Below are positions 53,090 to 62,841 of a stretch of 64,000 nt of DNA, one piece after another. Positions within the stretch are counted from its first letter, which is position 1. Each line of letters begins with the position of its first letter. The DNA lies in the IMG/VR virus record IMGVR_UViG_3300032331_000527, positions 1 through 64,000 of that record; one strand, given 5' to 3'. Position numbers and translations under genes: made by a program. The stretch is from a virus. The notes beneath the pieces were generated by a model. The model was not told the DNA's origin. It saw only the letters and a program-made list of their open reading frames with translations, and did no database searches.

Positions 53090-53097
53090 TATTTATT
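53090..53097 (-). promoter_or_regulatory. Late promoter for gp13, followed by a hairpin over the RBS
   Basis: AATAAATA then AGGGGAG...CTCCCCT stem ending 1 nt before the ATG. Confidence 0.6.
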
Positions 53098-55154
53098 CAT
53101 TTTGAATTCGTTCTGAATACGCCATCCCAATCTTTGGGTAACGGATTGGCTTTATACTCTTCGATGCGCTCAACCATCATATGATAATACTCTGTCATTT
53201 CACCTTCAAATGCTTTCTCAATGTAAGGAATATATTCGAGAGCTTTTTCCCAATACTGTTCGCGATAGAGTTGTAGAAAATCCGCATGCGAGCGAGAGAA
53301 AGCGATATTGAGTCCGTTCTTTTCAACGATGGTATAGATCTTAACCCCTTCGTTTTTGCCTTTAACCGCAAGGCAATCAAGCTCTAGGCATAGATACTCG
53401 TCCTTCACATATTCATAAGTCTTTGGACCTATGACCATCTTAACGTGATATGGCTTGCTCTGACCTTCTAGTCGAGAGGCCAGATTAACGGTATCACCAA
53501 GACAAGTGTAATCAAAACGTTGGTCACTACCCATATTGCCAACCACAACGGAGCCTGTGTTAATCCCAAGACCCATACCAAAGGGTGGAATACCCTCAGC
53601 GGTGACTTCTTTGTTAAATCGTTCCAGATCATCTAGCATCTCCAATGCTGTTTTAACTGCGTGTCTGGCGTGCATCTCATCATCAAGTGGTGCATTCCAA
53701 AACGCCATTTGAGCATCACCGATATACTTATCTAGTGTGCCATCGTTGTCAATGATCTTCTTGGTCATCGCTGTCATGTAGCGATTCATTATCTTAGTAA
53801 GGCCCTGAACGTCGGAGCCATAATGCTCAGAAATAGTAGTGAAACCACGAACGTCAGTAAACATAATCGATAGTTCACGAGTCTCTCCTCCTAGACGTAA
53901 TAGCTCAGGATTCTTCTGAAGTTTTTCAACAAGAGCTGGTGAAAGATAAGTTCCGAATTGCTTTTTGATTTGCTGCTTTAGTCTAAACTCGCGAGCGAAA
54001 TTGTTGAATACCAAATGCCCGAATACAGCAGATAGAGCCAATATAATATAGCTAGGATCCCAAAGTTGAAGTTCTGTTTTAAATAAGTAATATGACGTAA
54101 ACCCTATGCCAGAAACAAGGAAGGCATAAAATGGTACTGTCAGACTTACGCTCAGTTTTGGAACTATATGGAGCAATAGTAGTAGCATGGTGGTTAGTAG
54201 TGCTCCTTCTATTAGCCTTCCTACGTTTGGGCGAGAAATAGAAGTGCCATCGACCAGTGTTTGGAGTGTCTGCGCTTGGATCTCATGGGCCCACTTCTCA
54301 CCGATTGGTGTTGCTATGATACCACCAACACCTTCAATCGTTAGACCAAGAATAACAATCTTGTCCTTCACGCGAGCATCTATCTCGGTTGCTTCTAGCG
54401 TATCAAATTTGGTGTTCCAAGATAACCAGATGCGCCCGCGCTCGTCGGTTGAGATTGGTGGAAAAGCTGGGACTCTTACAGCTTCTATTCCACCTTCGTT
54501 CGTCTTAACTTGGAAGCTAGGGTCTCCAGCAGCGACACGAATGGTCTCCAAAGGTATGCTAGGATAAAGACCAGATGCAATATTGACCAATAGAGGCATA
54601 CGGCGAACCACACCGTCCAATTCAGAGATTGTTGCGACCACACCAACGCCTGAGGCAACTTCGGCATACTTGTCAAGAGGGCGTAATCCACCAGGCCAAC
54701 GATAGACAACCCTAGCAGGATCAACAGGACCGATACTAGCGAACCCACGACGGACCGAATCAGGTTTAGAATTTTGTGTAGTAGGTGTTTGTGCGAGGAT
54801 AACACCATCAAGAGTTTTTGCCAGTTCATCATCGCCACCTGCTCTGTCTTTCTCTGAGAATAGTATTGGTGCAACGATTACCGAAGCACCGTTTTCTTTT
54901 AGTTTGTTGATTGTCTTTGCGATATCTCTGCGGTCGAATGGCCACTGACCAAACTTCTCGACCGACTTCTCACCAAAATTGACAACGACAATTTCCTCTG
55001 ACTGTTTCTTATCAAGCGAAGTGATAAGATAATCAAAGGTCTTTAGCTGGAGCGTTTGAATCGCGCTTGGGTTGATTGCATACAATGTCAACAGGAGACA
55101 GGCGCTGATAGCAACCATCCATGTGCTTGTAAGAAACTTGGTCAGCTTTTCCAT
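53097..55154 (-). CDS. CHASE2 sensor + TM helices + class III adenylate cyclase
   Basis: GQWPFDR, DGVVRRMPL (CHASE2); FTDVRGFT, DKYIGDA.MAFW, GNMGS..RFDYT.LGD.VNLASRLE. Confidence 0.92.
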   Translation of the reverse strand: MEKLTKFLTSTWMVAISACLLLTLYAINPSAIQTLQLKTFDYLITSLDKKQSEEIVVVNFGEKSVEKFGQWPFDRRDIAKTINKLKENGASVIVAPILFSEKDRAGGDDELAKTLDGVILAQTPTTQNSKPDSVRRGFASIGPVDPARVVYRWPGGLRPLDKYAEVASGVGVVATISELDGVVRRMPLLVNIASGLYPSIPLETIRVAAGDPSFQVKTNEGGIEAVRVPAFPPISTDERGRIWLSWNTKFDTLEATEIDARVKDKIVILGLTIEGVGGIIATPIGEKWAHEIQAQTLQTLVDGTSISRPNVGRLIEGALLTTMLLLLLHIVPKLSVSLTVPFYAFLVSGIGFTSYYLFKTELQLWDPSYIILALSAVFGHLVFNNFAREFRLKQQIKKQFGTYLSPALVEKLQKNPELLRLGGETRELSIMFTDVRGFTTISEHYGSDVQGLTKIMNRYMTAMTKKIIDNDGTLDKYIGDAQMAFWNAPLDDEMHARHAVKTALEMLDDLERFNKEVTAEGIPPFGMGLGINTGSVVVGNMGSDQRFDYTCLGDTVNLASRLEGQSKPYHVKMVIGPKTYEYVKDEYLCLELDCLAVKGKNEGVKIYTIVEKNGLNIAFSRSHADFLQLYREQYWEKALEYIPYIEKAFEGEMTEYYHMMVERIEEYKANPLPKDWDGVFRTNSK

Positions 55155-55417
55155 CAGTATTGACTAACGATATAAGGGCTATTGGGACAAGTGAAACCAC
55201 AAGTAACACTAAGACTAAAAGACTGAGGCGTGTTTCCAGACTGAGAGATAATAGCCGAGATATTATCGCCAGTAAAATTAAGGGTAGCACTATGATTAGC
55301 ACCAGACTGAGTAATACTAACATTCTGTAAGGATCCTATGATGTTCACGGTTGCATTATTTACTGTCTGCGATAGCGCAGGCATTGTCATTAGAAGGAGC
55401 GCGATTAAAGTTTTCAT
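55154..55417 (-). CDS. Small secreted curlin-like protein
   Basis: Signal peptide; ITQSG.NHSA, ISQSGN repeats. Confidence 0.6.
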   Translation of the reverse strand: MKTLIALLLMTMPALSQTVNNATVNIIGSLQNVSITQSGANHSATLNFTGDNISAIISQSGNTPQSFSLSVTCGFTCPNSPYIVSQY

Positions 55418-55418
55418 G

Positions 55419-56528
55419 TCAGTTACCCTGCTTTATAGTTATCGTTGTGGTCCCAGCGCTGTTTACCATCTGTGTCACTGAACCACCATCTTGAGTCAAA
55501 TTCAACGTCATGTTATGCGTAGTTGATACAGTCAATTCCATATATGCGTTGTACGTTTCACGATAGAGCGTCACGTTATCTTGCTCAACAAAATACTTCA
55601 AACCTGTTGCAGCATTATATTTAGGCAGCAAAGCGTTGAACTCTGCAAGCTCATTACCTAACATCTGCGAATTTGATAGATCTAAAAAGTTCAGTAGAAA
55701 ATCACTATCAAGGAAATTGCGATCTAGTTTGTCATACTCGTTGAGATAGTTTTTGTCAAGCTCGCCATACTTTAGAAAATCAACGCCAAGTAAGTCTGCA
55801 TCTAATACGTTCGCGGCACGTTCTACTGTTTGTTCGCGCATGACAGGTTTCGCTGGTGCTACGATAAGCATATTGTTTATCTGATCTAGATTCAAATTCA
55901 TAATGTTGGACTTGAGTGTGCTAGTACTCGCTTGCACGTTTACTGTTTCAAATGCTCTAGTTAGCCAAATAACACCTGCATCTGTAGTAACAGATATGGA
56001 ACCAACCACGCAGTCTCGTTCAATATTACGCCAGCCAGCAGGACAAGAAGGAAGAAGGACAATAGTAGAGCGCCCAATTTCATCGACGGTACCTGAGAAA
56101 TCAGTTCCGCGGACACCGATTGTTGCTGTTGGTGTTTCCACCATGACTTGTTGCGGATCTGATTTAGCAATTTGCCCGGATGCATATTTGATAGTGCCGA
56201 GCGCCATCTTGATGCCAAGCTTGCCAGTTTTCTTTTCACCATCGTAAACAAAATTGTCAATGACAAGGCGGCTGTGCTCCGTTATCTGGACTTTAGTTTC
56301 GTCTCGGAACGTGATTCCCGCTTTACTGTTTGCGGTCGTTATTGTGTCCTTCATCTCAACGCCACTTTGCAGTGCGCTAGGAATCACGTTCGTTTCACGT
56401 TTTATTTCAGCTGGTCCTGACTGCTCAGTGACTTTTCCGACTTCCGCTTCAGTTGTGGTTGGACTTAACAGTAAGAGTATTGCCAGTACCAGTGATTGTA
56501 GAAATGACCTTAGAGTCAACAGCGCCAC
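55419..56528 (-). CDS. FecR-domain secreted protein
   Basis: D.I.T......I.F.D.T.V...E.S, TPTATIGVRGTDF. Confidence 0.85.
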   Translation of the reverse strand: MALLTLRSFLQSLVLAILLLLSPTTTEAEVGKVTEQSGPAEIKRETNVIPSALQSGVEMKDTITTANSKAGITFRDETKVQITEHSRLVIDNFVYDGEKKTGKLGIKMALGTIKYASGQIAKSDPQQVMVETPTATIGVRGTDFSGTVDEIGRSTIVLLPSCPAGWRNIERDCVVGSISVTTDAGVIWLTRAFETVNVQASTSTLKSNIMNLNLDQINNMLIVAPAKPVMREQTVERAANVLDADLLGVDFLKYGELDKNYLNEYDKLDRNFLDSDFLLNFLDLSNSQMLGNELAEFNALLPKYNAATGLKYFVEQDNVTLYRETYNAYMELTVSTTHNMTLNLTQDGGSVTQMVNSAGTTTITIKQGN

Positions 56529-57126
56529 CTTGCTTTATATCTACAGTGTTTGTTGCACCTAAGATATTCACATCGGCTTCATGACCATTCGTAGATGCTA
56601 CGCCTGTTTGAATGATGTTGACATTATTGCCTCCACCACCGTCAATAAGAACCGTACTCTTCGCACCCGCGACTGCGCTGGAATCATTCTCTATGTTTAC
56701 GGTGTTGTTGTCTGTGTTAATTGTAACAGTTGATAATGTAAGCCCTTCAGCTTTTTGTGTCACTGTGTTTCCGTCACCCGTAACTGTGTTGTTGATAATG
56801 GATCCTGTACAGCTTCCGCTCACGCCGCAAGCAATTTCAATCGTATTGCTGTCGCCTGTGACTAACGAATTTACCTGTACAGCATCACCCTGAACATTAA
56901 TGCTCATCAGGTTGCTATTACCAATCTGATCAATCGTGACAATGTTATTTTGTCCGTTGAATATTGCTTTGTCGGTGACATTACCAATCGCATTCGAATT
57001 GCCAGTTTGAGTCAATGAAATTGTAGATCCGCCACCTATTTGGTCTACATACACACTATTGCTCGCGGCGTTTGCATATTGAAGCATAACCAAGAATGAC
57101 AAAAATGCCAGTCTTGTACGTTTCAT
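56449..57126 (-). CDS. Curlin-repeat (CsgA/CsgB-like) protein
   Basis: Signal peptide; repeated N....DQ.G..N, QTGNSN, DQIGNSN, VQGD. Confidence 0.75.
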   Translation of the reverse strand: MKRTRLAFLSFLVMLQYANAASNSVYVDQIGGGSTISLTQTGNSNAIGNVTDKAIFNGQNNIVTIDQIGNSNLMSINVQGDAVQVNSLVTGDSNTIEIACGVSGSCTGSIINNTVTGDGNTVTQKAEGLTLSTVTINTDNNTVNIENDSSAVAGAKSTVLIDGGGGNNVNIIQTGVASTNGHEADVNILGATNTVDIKQGGAVDSKVISTITGTGNTLTVKSNHN

Positions 57127-57130
57127 TTTG

Positions 57131-57934
57131 TTACCTCTTTTTGATACTCCAGAGCTTCTTCTTAGCTCCCTCCTTTATCATATCTGCTACTGCTGCTTCA
57201 ATTGCTATTCTAACTGCATACGTCGTAGGTTCATTAACAGCAGTTCCTGCTTCGAATTCCAAAGATTTCGTACCTACATCAAGAAATTTAAAAACGTTCG
57301 CGCCAGCACTTGTACTAAGAACTGTCTTGGATGATCCTGTTGAAAGTAAAATCTCACCTGTGTTTATGGATATCAAACGGATAACAACAGTGACTTCATC
57401 TTTACGATATTCTTGAGTAGCTCCGATTCCTAAGAATCTTGCGCCTATACCACCTGTTCCTACGTTAGTATCATAACCAACAACACCGCCATCTAACATA
57501 ATGCCAGCAACAGTAAGTGGTGTCAATGGCTTCGCTTGATCCTTTTCATAAAGCTCGCGCTGACTACGAATCAGCTGACGTTCTTTTACTAGATTATCAA
57601 GTGAAGCACGTTCTACAACTTGAAACCACTTACCTTTACCCGCATCCTGTAGTGCCTTGATTAGAAAAACTTCAGAGCCCTGCGTCACAGCAGAACTTAG
57701 ACTAGCAAAACCACTAGCTGGTTTACGTTGTCCTGTTAGATCAGGGAAACGATACACAGCGATTGGAATAAGAGGTCCGTCTACACCTTTCAGATTGGCT
57801 AATTCATTGAAACGCTTAGTCGTAATAACTTCGGGTGCTTCAACAGTAACTTCCATCGTTTCTTTAGTCACTTGAGTAGGCATACAACCAACTAACAATA
57901 GACTAGCAAGAACTATGCCAAAAATCTTTACCAT
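57131..57934 (-). CDS. csgG: Curli secretion channel lipoprotein CsgG
   Basis: Lipobox LLVGC, AVYRFPDLTGQRKP, SSAVTQG, WFQVVER..L.NL.KERQLIRS, GG.GARFLGIG. Confidence 0.92.
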   Translation of the reverse strand: MVKIFGIVLASLLLVGCMPTQVTKETMEVTVEAPEVITTKRFNELANLKGVDGPLIPIAVYRFPDLTGQRKPASGFASLSSAVTQGSEVFLIKALQDAGKGKWFQVVERASLDNLVKERQLIRSQRELYEKDQAKPLTPLTVAGIMLDGGVVGYDTNVGTGGIGARFLGIGATQEYRKDEVTVVIRLISINTGEILLSTGSSKTVLSTSAGANVFKFLDVGTKSLEFEAGTAVNEPTTYAVRIAIEAAVADMIKEGAKKKLWSIKKR

Positions 57935-58377
57935 GCTAAACTCCCATATGGGACAACGACTTCTGTCACGCTGCCACCAGCATCCGTAATTCTTAGAGTA
58001 ATCTGTGATCCATCAGATGACCACTGAACGTTATTCGAAGCGATATCAAATGTACCTGAGGTATTTCCGTTATCAGTAAACAACTGCTCGGCTATTTTCT
58101 GCGAGAGCGTCGCGTACACGCGAGACTCCAAATTGTTCAAGAATTTTGCCAGATTAGTATTTTTCGCGGCGGACGCAGCTGCAGCTGCTTCAGCTTTTTT
58201 ATCTTCAGCCATCTTTTGTCTACGAGAAGCTTCTAGATTGTCGATTGTTAGAACGTGAGCTGAAAAACCTATACCACTGAAAGAAGGACTCTTAAACTGA
58301 AACTGTAAATCGTTTGCTAGAGTACTACTGCTTAGGATTAGGAGGAAGCTCAGTGCTGTGATCGTGCATCTGTTCAT
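57928..58377 (-). CDS. csgF: Curli assembly component CsgF-like
   Basis: Signal peptide, L.FQFKSPSFSG.G, F..NLESR.Y..LS, I.L.ITD..G..TE..VP. Confidence 0.82.
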   Translation of the reverse strand: MNRCTITALSFLLILSSSTLANDLQFQFKSPSFSGIGFSAHVLTIDNLEASRRQKMAEDKKAEAAAAASAAKNTNLAKFLNNLESRVYATLSQKIAEQLFTDNGNTSGTFDIASNNVQWSSDGSQITLRITDAGGSVTEVVVPYGSLAW

Positions 58378-58636
58378 ATTTCTGTTCCTCGATTTGTTGT
58401 CCTCGTAGCGTAAGCACTACGTTGACTTTCTGATTTAATCGAATAAGGTCATTATCTAGCATTCGAATACGATCAATCAAAGCAATCAGAACTGTATTAG
58501 CTTCGGAGAGTATGGGTTTGATTTCTTGAGTAGCCCACTTCCAAACATAAAAGATAAGGTATCCCATACCGCCAGCAGCGACGATGGGAAATCCATACTT
58601 ATTAATCATTTCTACTATGTCACCAGGCCCGGCCAT
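58325..58636 (-). CDS. Small membrane protein
   Basis: YGFPI TM segment + LDNDLIRL; paralog of the next gene. Confidence 0.75.
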   Translation of the reverse strand: MAGPGDIVEMINKYGFPIVAAGGMGYLIFYVWKWATQEIKPILSEANTVLIALIDRIRMLDNDLIRLNQKVNVVLTLRGQQIEEQKYEQMHDHSTELPPNPKQ

Positions 58637-58920
58637 TAGTCTCTCCTTGCGTCGTTTTTACCGTCAGCTCTTGCGATACGATCTGTGTCTGGCTTTATGC
58701 CGAGTGCGTTCGATACCAAAGTATCGATGCGAATAACGTCATGGTTCATAGTCTTAACTCGATTGTCGAGCGCCGTGATAATTCCGCTCATTCCTTTAAC
58801 GCTACCCATCACACCGGCCAGAATAAATTTGAGCGTCAGGAACACGAAATATCCACCCGCGATTGACGAAGCAATAGGAAACCCCACTTCAGCCACGAGC
58901 TTGAAAAATTCTGCATTCAT
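58636..58920 (-). CDS. Small membrane protein
   Basis: VGFPI TM segment + MNHDVIRID. Confidence 0.75.
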   Translation of the reverse strand: MNAEFFKLVAEVGFPIASSIAGGYFVFLTLKFILAGVMGSVKGMSGIITALDNRVKTMNHDVIRIDTLVSNALGIKPDTDRIARADGKNDARRD

Positions 58921-58942
58921 AACATGTCCTTTCCTTTTACGC

Positions 58943-58950
58943 TATTTATT
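58943..58950 (-). promoter_or_regulatory. Late promoter heading the curli-like operon
   Basis: AATAAATA then AAGGAAAGGA RBS. Confidence 0.6.
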
Positions 58951-58968
58951 CAAGTGCTATATAGTTTT

Positions 58969-59658
58969 ATGATTGAACATGCTCTATTCCCTACGCTCGT
59001 ATGTGAGTTCGACTATCCCCGAAAAGACCTCTTTAAAAGAACGTTTTATGATCGTATTTTTGATTATATGACGGGTGATGGCTACTCAAACGAGTTTACA
59101 GGACACGTTAACATCCATCACGAAGAATCATTTTTGCCTTTCTTTCAGTTCGCTATCGACTGTGTTAAGCAGTACGCTTCTCGACTCCATATCGACAACG
59201 AACGCTTTGATTACAACATCACAAAGACTTGGCTGAATATCAAAAAAGAAAACTCAACAAATCTGCATCATCATCGCGACGCTCATATATCGTTCACTTA
59301 TTATGTCAATGTGCCTGAGTCGTTTTCGCGCCCAATTAGGTTTCACAACTACGAGCATAGAAATGAGCCTTATCCAGGTTCAATTCTATGGAACAACACA
59401 ACTAACACATGGGATGAGATAAACGCATACACTTGGCAATTTAATCCAAAAGAAGGACAGCTTTTTGTGTTTCCTTCTTCGTTGCCGCATGATACTGTAG
59501 GACAAAATGATAGTAGCATAGATAGTGGTACAACAAACGAATATGAGTTATCGCAGAATCGTATTTGTTTAGCAGCAGATATTGTTATGACCTACAAAGA
59601 AAATATGAAATCTCCTCTCGGAATCCAACCGATTAGTAATTGGAGAACTTTTGAATGA
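58969..59658 (+). CDS. 2OG-Fe(II) oxygenase (TIGR02466-like)
   Basis: LFPT start, W.N, HHH..AHIS..YY, P.EG.L.VFPS.L.H, R...A. Confidence 0.8.
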   Translation: MIEHALFPTLVCEFDYPRKDLFKRTFYDRIFDYMTGDGYSNEFTGHVNIHHEESFLPFFQFAIDCVKQYASRLHIDNERFDYNITKTWLNIKKENSTNLHHHRDAHISFTYYVNVPESFSRPIRFHNYEHRNEPYPGSILWNNTTNTWDEINAYTWQFNPKEGQLFVFPSSLPHDTVGQNDSSIDSGTTNEYELSQNRICLAADIVMTYKENMKSPLGIQPISNWRTFE

Positions 59659-60278
59659 CGTACACTACCATATACAATGATCCATTATCAAGAGCTAAGG
59701 TATTGCATCCGTGGATTTATTGGGATAATGCGTTTACCGACGAAGAAATTGATGAGATTGTTGCGTATTGTGACAATAAAGAACTTATGTCTGGAACAGT
59801 AGTTGGTCCTGACTCAGAAGAAACAGTAGAAGAAGGTCGTGTTTCAAAGGTTGCTTTTCATGGAAGAAACCCAGATACAGCTTGGATATTTGACAGATTG
59901 AATTTCACTATCCAATCAGCCAACGAACAGTTTTTCAATTATCATCTGAATGGATACGATGCATTTCAGTACACAACATACAGTGATACTGATAAAGGTC
60001 ATTATACATGGCATATGGATACGCATTTTGGACAACCAGCAGGATCATTAAAATTCGATGAACCGAGAAAGTTATCACTAACTCTTATGTTGAATGATGA
60101 TTACGAAGGCGGAGAATTTCAATTTAATTTTAGCAATGAGTCGGATGCGATAATTCCAGTCAAGAAAAAAGGACGGATACTAATGTTCCCGTCCTTCATG
60201 CTTCATAGAGTTGCTCCAGTAACAAAAGGTATCCGTAGATCCATCGTTATTTGGGTAGTAGGTCCTAAGTTCGTTTAG
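59655..60278 (+). CDS. 2OG-Fe(II) oxygenase, prolyl-4-hydroxylase/PKHD type
   Basis: YTWHMD, RKLSLT..LNDDYEGGEF, FPSF..HRV.PVTKG.RRS.V.W. Confidence 0.9.
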   Translation: MTYTTIYNDPLSRAKVLHPWIYWDNAFTDEEIDEIVAYCDNKELMSGTVVGPDSEETVEEGRVSKVAFHGRNPDTAWIFDRLNFTIQSANEQFFNYHLNGYDAFQYTTYSDTDKGHYTWHMDTHFGQPAGSLKFDEPRKLSLTLMLNDDYEGGEFQFNFSNESDAIIPVKKKGRILMFPSFMLHRVAPVTKGIRRSIVIWVVGPKFV

Positions 60279-60661
60279 ATATTCAGATTAATGTTAGTGC
60301 TGTAACCGTTTGCGAATACTAACTCTGTGTGGGATTTTTCTACTGAAATCCCACCACCTTTAGAACTGATCATGCTCAGAAATTCAGTTTTTGCTGTATC
60401 TGTGCTTTGCGATAAAGTACGGAAAAACGCTCTCGCAGTCACTTCTTCTGCTCCGTCGCGCGATTCGCATTGATATACGAATTTGATCGTATTTTCATCT
60501 ACTCTAGTTCGAGTGACGTTACCTGTATGTCCAGGCAGAGTGCGAACAAAATTGATATAGTTGTTCGCTATAATCTGTTCGCTCTCTGTGTATGTAGCAG
60601 GATCAACAAAAATCTGATCGTCGTCTTTGACTGCATAGCGATGAATCTGATATCCAGCCAT
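60275..60661 (-). CDS. Hypothetical late protein
   Basis: GAGG RBS, TATAAATA at 60701-60708. Confidence 0.65.
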   Translation of the reverse strand: MAGYQIHRYAVKDDDQIFVDPATYTESEQIIANNYINFVRTLPGHTGNVTRTRVDENTIKFVYQCESRDGAEEVTARAFFRTLSQSTDTAKTEFLSMISSKGGGISVEKSHTELVFANGYSTNINLNI

Positions 60662-60671
60662 ATGAAAACCT

Positions 60672-61607
60672 CTAGTTCGATGCCTTTGGATTATATACCC
60701 TATTTATAAAGGCTAACTCGTTCTTGATAGTAGCCTCTGTTTCTTTGGGATCCATGCAATATGAAAGATATGGTGCTCTAAGCTCCGCCACTTTCTTAAA
60801 GTCTGGATGCGCGCACGCGAGCTTCATGTCGGCTTCAAACGTCTTAACGAATCCAGCTCGCTCTTTAGGTACAGCAAAGAGTAGGATTGTCTGAAGATTA
60901 AACTCAGGGAATCCGATTTCTTTACCTGTAGGAGCATCTGGGAAAGTCTTCATACGCTCGTCAGAAGAAACAAGAAGCGCCTTAAGACCAATCATATCTG
61001 GCATTGTGAATACCGTATAGTCGACTTCCTTATTCTGAACTGCTAGAACGATATCTGGAACAGACTTGTACTTGATCTCATCGACTCTACCTTCAATCCC
61101 ATATTTTTTCATAAACAAATCGTTCATCATTCTAGCTGCTGGGCCAATAAGAGTCGAGCCGACATATGATTTTGGCTTGCTCTTAATAGAAGCAACAAGA
61201 TCGTCGATATTCTTAATCGGAGAATCTAGAGCAACTAGAACACCAAGCGTGTTCTTACCAATACCTGTACTGATGATAAAGTCATTATCACGATCAAATC
61301 CTGGCTTTGGGTTCTCTATCCTATTAACTGTAAGGGTCGAAATTCCTGTATAGAATACAACATCTTGATTTTGTTTAGCTAGAACAGTTGCTCTTAACGC
61401 AGCAACGTCACCAGCAGCGCCCATTGAAAATGCGAACTTGTATTCTCTTTCTTTTTGAACTGTGTTCAGAATCTGTGTAATACCAACTCCGATTAGTCCA
61501 CCACTACCAATAACTGGTAATGCGCTGACGAGTTCCACTTGCTTTTGCGCTAGTGCTGGAGACGCCAACATAGCGGCGAGTAAAGCAATTTTAATACCAC
61601 GAAACAT
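60672..61607 (-). CDS. TctC/Bug-like periplasmic substrate-binding protein
   Basis: Signal peptide, GAAG.VA, SPIKNIDDL, YKS......V...EVD, R...FPDAPT..E.G. Confidence 0.7.
   Translation of the reverse strand: MFRGIKIALLAAMLASPALAQKQVELVSALPVIGSGGLIGVGITQILNTVQKEREYKFAFSMGAAGDVAALRATVLAKQNQDVVFYTGISTLTVNRIENPKPGFDRDNDFIISTGIGKNTLGVLVALDSPIKNIDDLVASIKSKPKSYVGSTLIGPAARMMNDLFMKKYGIEGRVDEIKYKSVPDIVLAVQNKEVDYTVFTMPDMIGLKALLVSSDERMKTFPDAPTGKEIGFPEFNLQTILLFAVPKERAGFVKTFEADMKLACAHPDFKKVAELRAPYLSYCMDPKETEATIKNELAFINRVYNPKASN
60701..60708 (-). promoter_or_regulatory. Late promoter
   Basis: TATAAATA. Confidence 0.6.
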
Positions 61608-62841
61608 TTAATTCTCCTATTGTGTAAGGTTCTGTAAAGATGTGTTTTCCAAGCAACTCTTTCTCTGCAACTTTGGCGTATTTCTTTAAGTAGAATTTGT
61701 TGTACTCTTCTAAAGCTTCGGCTGCTGCATTATCTTTCTGAATCAGTGAGACTAATTCATATTCCGGTGATCTAGTTCCTGGCTTGGGAGCAACAAACAT
61801 ATTACTGTTCCAATAGTAATAGATCAACTCATCGTATCTACGATAGATATTTCCAACAAGACTAGGTGAGACGTCAGCCTTATTGAAAACAATCGCTCGT
61901 TCTTGACTGTACATAAATGCAGCATAGAAATCTCTATCGGATTCCAACTTACGCTTGATCACATGAGATTGTTTGATTGGGATGAGGGGACAATCTGGCG
62001 TCCAGAAAAAGTTTTCGATAGTATAGATATCGTCTACGTCTTTTTTCTGGATCATCTTCACGGAGTGCATTGATGCATCGCTGAAACGGAATTGAAGATG
62101 ATTGTCTAATATATTTAGCGATGGTTTCTCGACTCCTCTGATAAAAGCTGCGTTATTTTTTCTTACAGCATGTTTATTATTGTGATGCTGTTGGAAGAAG
62201 CTTCTCGTATATGGCGTCTTTATTGTTACGAACGATGGATTACTGACGAACTTATCCATACCCAAACTCGAGAATTTATTGCTGACGATATCGCCAACAG
62301 CGAAATCTGATGCGTCTAACAGCGTGATCTTAGTGTTTGGACTTCTATCAGCTATGATCTTCAGCTGTGGTTTAACCATAATATCGAATTCTAAAAGTGT
62401 CTTGATAGAAGCGTCTTTCATCAACTCGTTTTTGTCGAATCTGTTAAGAGCTTTGCTGTAGTGAACTGTCTGTATCTCGTCAATGAAAATGTTGTTATCT
62501 AAGAATGTGTAGAGAATCTCGTGTGAGTCTGCTCCTCCAGAATAGCTAAGAATGAGATAGTCATACTTGTCACGCAATTGTTGACAACGTTCGACATAGA
62601 GCTGCTTGAGAGTTTGCTCTGGTTCTTTTGACCAGTCACGTGTCTTGAACACTGGCTCGTTGAAACAATAGTAAATAGTTTCACGACCAGCGCCTCGACT
62701 GATCCTAATATCAGCAGGGATATTATGAATCTTCTCGCGCAGATTTACGCCAGCAACCATCTCATCGAGCAGATCCTCTCGACTGATATAGATCTTGTTA
62801 CCATGAAGATAGAAACCGCAATGCAGTTGAGGATATATCAT
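61591..62841 (-). CDS. PP-loop (adenine nucleotide alpha-hydrolase / Asn-synthetase-like) protein
   Basis: QLRDKYDYLILSYSGGADS, G.EKP, ENFFW. Confidence 0.7.
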   Translation of the reverse strand: MIYPQLHCGFYLHGNKIYISREDLLDEMVAGVNLREKIHNIPADIRISRGAGRETIYYCFNEPVFKTRDWSKEPEQTLKQLYVERCQQLRDKYDYLILSYSGGADSHEILYTFLDNNIFIDEIQTVHYSKALNRFDKNELMKDASIKTLLEFDIMVKPQLKIIADRSPNTKITLLDASDFAVGDIVSNKFSSLGMDKFVSNPSFVTIKTPYTRSFFQQHHNNKHAVRKNNAAFIRGVEKPSLNILDNHLQFRFSDASMHSVKMIQKKDVDDIYTIENFFWTPDCPLIPIKQSHVIKRKLESDRDFYAAFMYSQERAIVFNKADVSPSLVGNIYRRYDELIYYYWNSNMFVAPKPGTRSPEYELVSLIQKDNAAAEALEEYNKFYLKKYAKVAEKELLGKHIFTEPYTIGELNVSWY

